A DNA stretch of 32,000 nucleotides from Candidatus Iainarchaeum sp. (GTDB lineage Archaea > Iainarchaeota > Iainarchaeia > Iainarchaeales > CSSED10-239), in NCBI GenBank assembly GCA_028700115.1, contig JAQVTI010000006.1:15505-47504 (forward strand), written 5' to 3'. Under the pieces are notes generated by a model that was given only the letters and a program-made list of their open reading frames with translations, ran no database searches and was not told where the DNA came from. Numbering within the stretch: position 1 is the first letter of the stretch; the number at the start of each line of letters is the position of its first letter. The translations under genes and the position numbers were made by a program. Of this stretch, positions 26,095 through 32,000 are shown in pieces.

Positions 26095-28260
26095 GTGCCA
26101 ATGGAGTTAGTTAGTAAAATTAATTTTATAAAAAAAGTTAAAGAATATACAGAAAAAAGAGCAGAATTTATAGAATATAAAAAACAACAAGAAATAAAAC
26201 TTGAAGCTACAAATAATAGAGTTATTAAAAATAGTGTTGAAAATAAAGAAACTAATAAAAAAAATTTATTTGAAAAAATATTTAGAAAAAAAGAAAAGGT
26301 AATTAAAAATGAATCAAAAATAAATGTAGAACTAATTAAAAAAATTAATGAAACTAAAAAAGAGTTAAGTAAATTTGGAATACAGGTTAAAGATGAAAAA
26401 ATATTATTTGAAATTACTAAACAATTAGAAAAAGTGGAGTCTGAACATAAAAGAACATTCTTACAATATGGAGTGGCAAATGTCTTAGAACAAAAACCTT
26501 CTCTTGAGGCTCTTTCAGAAATTACTAAACAATTAGAAAAAGTGGAGTCTGAACATAAAGAAAACTTCTTACAATATGGAGTGGCAAATGTCCTAGAACA
26601 AAAACCTTCTCTTGAGGCTCTTTCAGAAATTACTAAACAATTAGAAAAAGTGGAGTCTGAACATAAAGAAAACTTCTTATATTATGGAGTGGCAAATGTC
26701 CTAGAACAAAAACCTTCTCTTGAGGCTCTTTCAGAAATTACTAAACAATTAGAAAAAGTGGAGTCTGAGCATAAAGATTACTTCTTACAATATGGAGTGG
26801 CAAATGTCCTAGAACAAAAACCATCACTTATTGAATTTAAACAAGATATTTTATTATTTAAAAGATTATTAGATAAAAATATATCTTTAGAGTTATTTAA
26901 TATATTTAGTTCAAAAAAATATATAGAATATACTCAAAACAGACGTAAAAATTATAAAAATTTTAGAAATTTAATTGAATCTATAAATTCTTTTAGTGAG
27001 TGGAAAACTAAAGATTTAGATATTTATTCTGGATATAATTTAACTGCAAAAGATACTGATAAAAATTTTAGTTTTAGATTAAAACCAGAAAAATTTAAAG
27101 AGATTTGGAATAAATATAACAACTATAATGAAAAACCTATTCTTTCAACTTCTTTAGGTAAAAAAAATATTACTTTTTCTCTAAAACAAAAACAAGAAAG
27201 TAAATTAAGACTTACTTCTAAATTAAATCCAAATGTGATTAATAAATATATAAATATGATAGATACTTCTAAAAGAACAAATACACAGAGGTACATGACT
27301 ATTTTACAATTAGAAAATCCAACTAAGTTTAAAGAAAATATGAAAAAAAATAGTTTTGTTAGACAAATAGAATCTTTAAATAATAAACAATTGTTAGAAA
27401 AAATAAATGAAACAATAATAGATCTAGCAAAACAAAATAAACATTCATTAATTAAGCCTGTTTTAGAACAGGCTATGCCTTTAATTTTAGAAAATAGAAA
27501 TATATCTTTAAATACAAAAATAAATTTAGAAAATCTTGAAGAAGCTAGAGCATTTATCACAAATTTATCTGAGTTTCTAGGAAATGATCTAAAAGAATAT
27601 GTTAAGGAAAATATTAGTCTTAGTGAAAAAGATTTAAATAAAATAAATGAAACTTTAGAGACTACAAGAAAAACATATAAAGGTAAAGATGAAGAGAATA
27701 ATATAGTTTATAAAAAAGAAAAAGTGCCGTCTGATTTAGAACTTGAAAGAAAGAAGTTTAAAGTGGAAGGTGGAACAAAAAAAGAAGAATTTGAACTTCA
27801 GACTTCAAAAACAGTTATGGATGCTTTGTGTGGACAAACTGGAGAGACTTGTTTATCTACAAACTATGATGTTTCTTTTATAGAAAATGAAAATTTTCAA
27901 CCGATTACAATTATAAATAAGAAAACTAAAAAAGCAGATGGTTCAATTTATGCTTATTTGACTAAAGTAAATGGAAAAAAAGCAATTGTGTCTTTAGGAA
28001 TTGAACCTAAGATGAGAATGGTAAATGATTCTTCTTCTGCAACTAAACTTACTGAAACTCTAGTTGAGGCTTTAAAAAAAGTTGCAGAAATTAATGGAAT
28101 TAAAAGTGTTTATATTTCTGGAGAGTCTGGAGAAGTTTCAAATAGAAATGATGTTTTAAATTATTTGAATAAAAAATATATTGAAAATAAACAATCTATT
28201 TCTAAAAAAATTAGATTTCCTGAGAATCTTAAAATAAGAAAATTATATAGAATTTTATGA
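26095..28260 (+). CDS. Large K/E/N-rich coiled-coil-like protein with four 36-aa tandem repeats and a distinct C-terminal globular region (minimal call)
   Basis: ORF-track call. The first canonical starts are GTG 26095 and ATG 26101. The C-terminal roughly 160 aa (LCGQTGETCLS...GIEPKMRMV...VYISGESGEVSNRND) is less biased in composition. No family recognised. Confidence 0.7.
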   Translation: MPMELVSKINFIKKVKEYTEKRAEFIEYKKQQEIKLEATNNRVIKNSVENKETNKKNLFEKIFRKKEKVIKNESKINVELIKKINETKKELSKFGIQVKDEKILFEITKQLEKVESEHKRTFLQYGVANVLEQKPSLEALSEITKQLEKVESEHKENFLQYGVANVLEQKPSLEALSEITKQLEKVESEHKENFLYYGVANVLEQKPSLEALSEITKQLEKVESEHKDYFLQYGVANVLEQKPSLIEFKQDILLFKRLLDKNISLELFNIFSSKKYIEYTQNRRKNYKNFRNLIESINSFSEWKTKDLDIYSGYNLTAKDTDKNFSFRLKPEKFKEIWNKYNNYNEKPILSTSLGKKNITFSLKQKQESKLRLTSKLNPNVINKYINMIDTSKRTNTQRYMTILQLENPTKFKENMKKNSFVRQIESLNNKQLLEKINETIIDLAKQNKHSLIKPVLEQAMPLILENRNISLNTKINLENLEEARAFITNLSEFLGNDLKEYVKENISLSEKDLNKINETLETTRKTYKGKDEENNIVYKKEKVPSDLELERKKFKVEGGTKKEEFELQTSKTVMDALCGQTGETCLSTNYDVSFIENENFQPITIINKKTKKADGSIYAYLTKVNGKKAIVSLGIEPKMRMVNDSSSATKLTETLVEALKKVAEINGIKSVYISGESGEVSNRNDVLNYLNKKYIENKQSISKKIRFPENLKIRKLYRIL
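26410..26829 (+). repeat. Tandem 108-bp (36-codon) repeat, 3 full copies plus a 96-bp fourth copy
   Basis: Units start at 26410, 26518, 26626 and 26734 and encode EITKQLEKVESEHK[RT/EN/EN/DY]FL[Q/Y]YGVANVLEQKPSLEALS. Only a handful of nucleotide differences separate the copies. Confidence 0.95.
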
Positions 28261-28374
28261 TTTTTACTTTCTTGGTCAAAAGCCCTTTTATTCTATTTAT
28301 AAACTTTTTTAATATAATTTCTATATCTTTTTATAGTCTATTGTTATTTATATAAATAAGATAAAAGAGATTGT

Positions 28375-29961
28375 ATGATTGAAGAATATGTTGAGCATAA
28401 GAATATAGTTTCTAAGAAAATAAAAAAGAGATTATATCAAGAGCTTTTAACTGCAAAAGCATTAGAAACAAACTCTTTAGTTGTAGCTCCAACTGGTCTT
28501 GGAAAAACAATAGTAGCTGTTTTATTAATTGCATATAAATTTGATATAAAAAAAAACATTTTATTTCTAGCTCCAACTAAACCTTTAGTTACTCAACATA
28601 AAAAATCACTAGATTCTTTACTTACAATTTCAGAAGATGATATTTTACTTCTTACTGGACAGACTAAGCCAGAAGATAGAAAAAAAATATATTCTCAAAA
28701 AGGAAAAGTTATTTGTGCAACTCCTCAAACAATAAATAATGATCTTAAAAAAGGATTAATTGATATTAATTCTTTTAATATTATAATCTATGATGAAGCA
28801 CATAGAGCAGTTGGAGATTATGCTTATGTTTTAATTGCAAAAGTATTCGAAGAAAATTCTAATTTGAAAAAATTAGCACTTACTGCGTCTCCTGGTTCAA
28901 ATAGAGATAAAATTTCAGAAATTAAAGATAATTTATTTTTAAATCATATTGAAATAAGAACAGATTCTGATTTAGATGTTATTGATTATATTAAAGATGT
29001 AGAAATAGAAGTTATATTTTGTGATTTGGACAAAGTTTCTTTAGAAATTTCAAATATTATAGATTCTTATATTGATTCTAAAATTAATCTTTTAAGAAAG
29101 TTTGGGGTAATTATTCCAAATAACTATTCAAAAAAACAACTTTTAATTTTTCAAGCAAAAATTTTTGAAAAACTCAAATCTTCAAATAATAGTTTGCATT
29201 TTTTAAGTCTTTCAGCAATTTCTTCGGTTTTAAAATTTTATCATGCAAAAGAACTTGTTCAAACTCAAGGTGTAGTTGCTCTTAGAAATTATTTAGATAA
29301 AATTTTTTTAGAATCTAAAGATCAAAAATCTTCAAAAGCAACAAAAGGCATTGTCAATAGTGAAGAGTATAAAAAAATTAGATTAATTTTATTAAAATTA
29401 GATTTTTCAAAACCACTTTATTCAAAAGAAATTAAATTAATAGAAATTGTTTCTTCTTTTATTAAAGAAAATAAAAATTCAAAAGTTTTAATATTTAATA
29501 ATTATAGAGATAATGCTTCTCATTTATCAAATGTTTTAAATACAAATAAATTAATTAAAGCTACACGATTTGTTGGACAAGCAAATAAAGGTTTGTCTGA
29601 TAAAGGTTTATCTCAAAAAGAACAAATTCAAATTATTAAAGACTTTAGAGATAATAAGTTTAATACTTTAGTATGCACTTCAGTTGGTGAAGAAGGACTT
29701 GATATTCCTTCAGTAGATTTAGTAATTTTCTATGATGCTGTTGCCTCAGAGATAAGATCTATTCAGAGAAGAGGAAGAACTGGTAGATTTAATACAGGTA
29801 AAGTATATATTTTGTTAAATAAAGATACAATTGATCAACACTATTATTATGTTTCAATAAATAAAGAAAAGTCAATGAAAAAGACTTTAAAAAATTTTTA
29901 TGATTATAAACCTAGACTAAAAAAGGTTTTAAAAAAACAAAAAACTATAAGAGATTATTAA
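28375..29961 (+). CDS. hef: Hef/FANCM-like superfamily 2 helicase (helicase-only polypeptide)
   Basis: Motif I APTGLGKT, motif II DEAHRA, motif III TASPGS, motif VI QRRGRTGR, with an inserted helical domain between the RecA lobes as in Hef. Confidence 0.8.
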   Translation: MIEEYVEHKNIVSKKIKKRLYQELLTAKALETNSLVVAPTGLGKTIVAVLLIAYKFDIKKNILFLAPTKPLVTQHKKSLDSLLTISEDDILLLTGQTKPEDRKKIYSQKGKVICATPQTINNDLKKGLIDINSFNIIIYDEAHRAVGDYAYVLIAKVFEENSNLKKLALTASPGSNRDKISEIKDNLFLNHIEIRTDSDLDVIDYIKDVEIEVIFCDLDKVSLEISNIIDSYIDSKINLLRKFGVIIPNNYSKKQLLIFQAKIFEKLKSSNNSLHFLSLSAISSVLKFYHAKELVQTQGVVALRNYLDKIFLESKDQKSSKATKGIVNSEEYKKIRLILLKLDFSKPLYSKEIKLIEIVSSFIKENKNSKVLIFNNYRDNASHLSNVLNTNKLIKATRFVGQANKGLSDKGLSQKEQIQIIKDFRDNKFNTLVCTSVGEEGLDIPSVDLVIFYDAVASEIRSIQRRGRTGRFNTGKVYILLNKDTIDQHYYYVSINKEKSMKKTLKNFYDYKPRLKKVLKKQKTIRDY

Positions 29962-30033
29962 TTTTAAGGTTTTTATGTAAAGATATGTTTATAACTATTT
30001 GTTATTATTAGTTATTTATAGTTAGGTGGTGTT

Positions 30034-30297
30034 ATGATTAGTAAATCTGTTACTTTAAATTTAAAAGTTTCAAATTATGGTTCTAGGGTTTTAGGAATTA
30101 TTAAAGAAAAATATAGTTTGCATAATAAATCTGAAGCTTTAAATAAATTTATTGAAATGTACGGTGTAGATTTTTTAGAAAGAGAAGTTAGAGAAGAAGT
30201 GGTTAATGATATGATTAAAGAAATTTCTAAGATGAAAAAAAATAAAAAGAAAGAAGTTTCTTTTTCTGATTTAGATAAACTTTGTGGAATTGAATAA
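30034..30297 (+). CDS. Putative antitoxin (DUF2683-like, ribbon-helix-helix type)
   Basis: NYGSRVLGIIKEKYSLHNKSEALNKFIEMYG resembles the archaeal DUF2683 pattern (n..vLniiKakygLkdKSeAI). It lies 2 nt upstream of a RelE-like gene. GGTGGTG Shine-Dalgarno site upstream. Confidence 0.6.
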   Translation: MISKSVTLNLKVSNYGSRVLGIIKEKYSLHNKSEALNKFIEMYGVDFLEREVREEVVNDMIKEISKMKKNKKKEVSFSDLDKLCGIE

Positions 30298-30299
30298 AT

Positions 30300-30575
30300 A
30301 TGTTTAAACCTGTGCTGTCTTCTCAAGTTGAAAATATTTTAATTAAACTTTCAAAAAAAGATAAAAAATTAGTTTTAGAATTAAATAAAAAGATCAAACA
30401 AATTTGTATGTTTGACTCTGAGTTAATTGAGCATTATAAAAATTTAAGAAATGATTTCTCTAATTATAAAAGAGTACATATAGGTAGGTCTTTTGTTCTT
30501 TTATTTCATGTTGATTTTAAATTTGAAAAAATTTATTTTTATAAATTTGATCATCATGATAAAATATATAAATGA
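30300..30575 (+). CDS. relE: RelE/ParE-superfamily toxin (mRNA interferase type)
   Basis: 91 aa. LIKLSKKDKKLVLELNKKIKQI ... KNLRNDFSNYKRVHIGRSFVLLFHVDFKFEKIYFYKFDHHDKIYK fits the RelE/StbE pattern (k.L.g.l.g..R.rig..fRliy.vd.....i....f.hr..iY). Confidence 0.75.
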   Translation: MFKPVLSSQVENILIKLSKKDKKLVLELNKKIKQICMFDSELIEHYKNLRNDFSNYKRVHIGRSFVLLFHVDFKFEKIYFYKFDHHDKIYK

Positions 30576-30589
30576 GTTAGAGGTGTGTT

Positions 30590-31048
30590 ATGGACTTTTT
30601 AGATTTTTTAATTAAATCAAAAAAAAATACATATGCAAGTTCTAAAATTACAGATAAACTAAATAAAGATGGTTCTAAAGAATTAATTTTTGAAGAAAAT
30701 GAATATAAATATGTGGATAGATATTTTGGATATAACCCTTTTTCTGGACTTGAAGTTGTTTTTAGACAAGATGAATATATTTGGTCTATGTCTTATTATG
30801 GTAGAATAAAGTCTAATGAGGTTTCTGAAAAAGAAGTTTATTCTTTTTTAAAACAAGCTCTTTTAAATGTAAATGAAAATTTTCCTTTAAGAGGTCCTAG
30901 TGTTTTTAAAAAAGAAGATTTTTCTTATTTTTGTGATTATAATGGTTCTTATGAGGACTTTAAAGGAACTGAAAGAATTGAATATAAAGATAAAGTAATT
31001 TACAAATGTGAGTTTATTGGTGGCTTTATTTCAAAAAAATTAATTTAA
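30590..31048 (+). CDS. DUF5680-like protein
   Basis: FLDFLIKSKKNTYAS...YKYVDRYFGYNPFSGLEVVF..DEYIWSMSYYGRI...FPLRGP...VIYKCEFIGGFI matches my recollection of the DUF5680 family. Function unknown. Confidence 0.55.
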   Translation: MDFLDFLIKSKKNTYASSKITDKLNKDGSKELIFEENEYKYVDRYFGYNPFSGLEVVFRQDEYIWSMSYYGRIKSNEVSEKEVYSFLKQALLNVNENFPLRGPSVFKKEDFSYFCDYNGSYEDFKGTERIEYKDKVIYKCEFIGGFISKKLI

Positions 31049-31063
31049 TAAATGTGAATTTAT

Positions 31064-31747
31064 ATGTCTAAGTCTAATAGTAAGTTAATTAAAATAATTT
31101 GTGATCAAAGAGAGAGAGCTTCTCAAGTTATTTCTAAGATTAAATCTTTAGAGTCTTCTTCTTTAAAGATAGATCTTGTTATAGAACAACTTGCTGTTGG
31201 AGATTATATACTTTCAGATGATGTTGTAATTGAGAGAAAAACAATTGCAGATTTAGAATCTTCTATTTTAGATGGAAGAGTTTTTTCTCAATTAAATGAT
31301 TTATCTCAAGTTAAAAAACCAGGAATAATAATTGAAGGAAATTTAGATTTAATTTATAATAATTCTACTAGGCTTGATAAAAAAGCAATAATGGGTTTAT
31401 TTACAACAATTGGTTTGAATTATAAGATTCCTTTATTTTTTACAAAAAATCAAAAAGAAACAGCAGAGATGCTTTATGTAATTTCAAAAAGAGAGCAAAT
31501 TCAAAATGGAAATAATTTATTAAAATTAAGATTTGCAAAATCTAAAATGTCATATTCACAAAGACAGCTTTTTATAGTTGAGTCTTTTCCTGATGTAGGG
31601 CCTACTCTTTCAAGGTCAATTTTAAAAGAGTTTAAAAATATAAAAAATCTTGCAAATGCAACAATAGAAGATTTAAGAAAAGTAAAAAAGTTAGGTCCAA
31701 AAAAAGCTGATAAAATAAAATATTTATTTGAAAGAGATTTTTCTTAG
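31064..31747 (+). CDS. ERCC4-type structure-specific nuclease (XPF/Hef nuclease domain) with C-terminal (HhH)2
   Basis: GDYIL...VVIERKTIADLESSILDGRVFSQL (GDxn-ERKxxxD motif) and the C-terminal FPDVGPTLSRSILKEF...LRKVKKLGPKKADKI tandem helix-hairpin-helix. Confidence 0.85.
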   Translation: MSKSNSKLIKIICDQRERASQVISKIKSLESSSLKIDLVIEQLAVGDYILSDDVVIERKTIADLESSILDGRVFSQLNDLSQVKKPGIIIEGNLDLIYNNSTRLDKKAIMGLFTTIGLNYKIPLFFTKNQKETAEMLYVISKREQIQNGNNLLKLRFAKSKMSYSQRQLFIVESFPDVGPTLSRSILKEFKNIKNLANATIEDLRKVKKLGPKKADKIKYLFERDFS

Positions 31748-31817
31748 TTTTTTTATTTTTTTTTAAATACCCTAAAACCATACCTATTTAAATCTTTTTT
31801 TTAATATTATTTTTGAT
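31737..31817 (+). repeat. 81-bp dispersed intergenic module, copy B
   Basis: See copy A. It starts in the last codons and TAG stop of the ERCC4 nuclease gene and ends 5 nt before ATG 31823. Confidence 0.9.
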
Positions 31818-31822
31818 AACTT

Positions 31823-32000
31823 ATGTTTTTAAACTTTTTACCCTTTTCAAAATCCAAATCTATAAGTCCATTGATCGCAACCGTTTTAATAATTTTAATA
31901 TCTTTAGCTTTGGTTGTTATTGTTTTAAACTTTTCAAAAGGCTTTACAAATACTCATCTTTCAGATTCTTCTTCTATAACAGTTTTTCAATCAAGTGATG
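31823..32000 (+). CDS. Archaeal type IV pilin-like protein with class III signal peptide (3' partial), absent from the ORF track
   Basis: My frame-2 translation: MFLNFLPFSKSKSISPLIATVLIILISLALVVIVLNFSKGFTNTHLSDSSSITVFQSSD..., open to the window edge. SISPLIATVLIILISLALVV matches the archaeal pilin N-terminal consensus (g.SPVIatvLliaitv). Confidence 0.65.
   Translation, partial: MFLNFLPFSKSKSISPLIATVLIILISLALVVIVLNFSKGFTNTHLSDSSSITVFQSSD

Noticed and set aside
27123-27560. 145-aa minus-strand ORF inside the 721-aa gene
   Set aside because: Same reasoning: antisense shadow, F/L/S/C-rich, no motifs.
30075-30326. 83-aa minus-strand ORF opposite the antitoxin gene
   Set aside because: It is antisense to a plus-strand TA pair with proper Shine-Dalgarno sites, spacing and family resemblance.
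31813-31998. ORF-track frame-1 ORF (61 aa, TTG start)
   Set aside because: The peptide is implausible. Frame 2 from ATG 31823 gives a textbook archaeal pilin-type N-terminus and stays open to the window end.

Overview
Extremely AT-rich, densely coding archaeal chromosome segment. Archaeal hallmarks are TBP, RpoF/Rpo4, L21e, an L1-P0-P1 operon, SmAP, AglB/STT3, NreA, Hef and XPF, plus a free-standing 5S rRNA. GGTG/GGAGGTG Shine-Dalgarno sites precede many starts, and TAA, TAG and TGA all act as stops, so the code is standard. Composition and gene content fit a small-genome DPANN-like archaeon; that placement is inference only. Most of the window is housekeeping: translation and transcription, enolase, thioredoxin, AMP phosphorylase, and N-glycosylation (AglB, a GT4 phosphotransferase, UppP). 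I saw no CRISPR array, integrase, transposase or tRNA. Observations worth a second look: (1) a roughly 1000-codon K/E-rich reading frame (25231-28260) broken by one in-frame TAA, carrying four near-identical 108-bp tandem repeats; (2) a co-directional NYN / PATAN-like / Roadblock-like / MinD-type ATPase cluster (16113-18371), with a 19-bp triplication across one start codon that creates two 8-codon uORFs; (3) seven tandem 12-bp TATA-like units just upstream of a membrane-protein gene; (4) an 81-bp intergenic module present twice at 76/81 identity, upstream of the 5S rRNA and upstream of a pilin-like gene missing from the ORF track; (5) the same stop-codon-plus-hairpin terminator element after two unrelated genes; (6) a split Hef (helicase and ERCC4 nuclease as separate genes) interrupted by a RelE-type toxin-antitoxin pair and a DUF5680-like gene; (7) a 5'-truncated HerA/DUF87-type ATPase with a long C-terminal extension, translationally coupled to a 99-aa ORF. 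All functional calls rest on motif recognition by eye. No searches were run.
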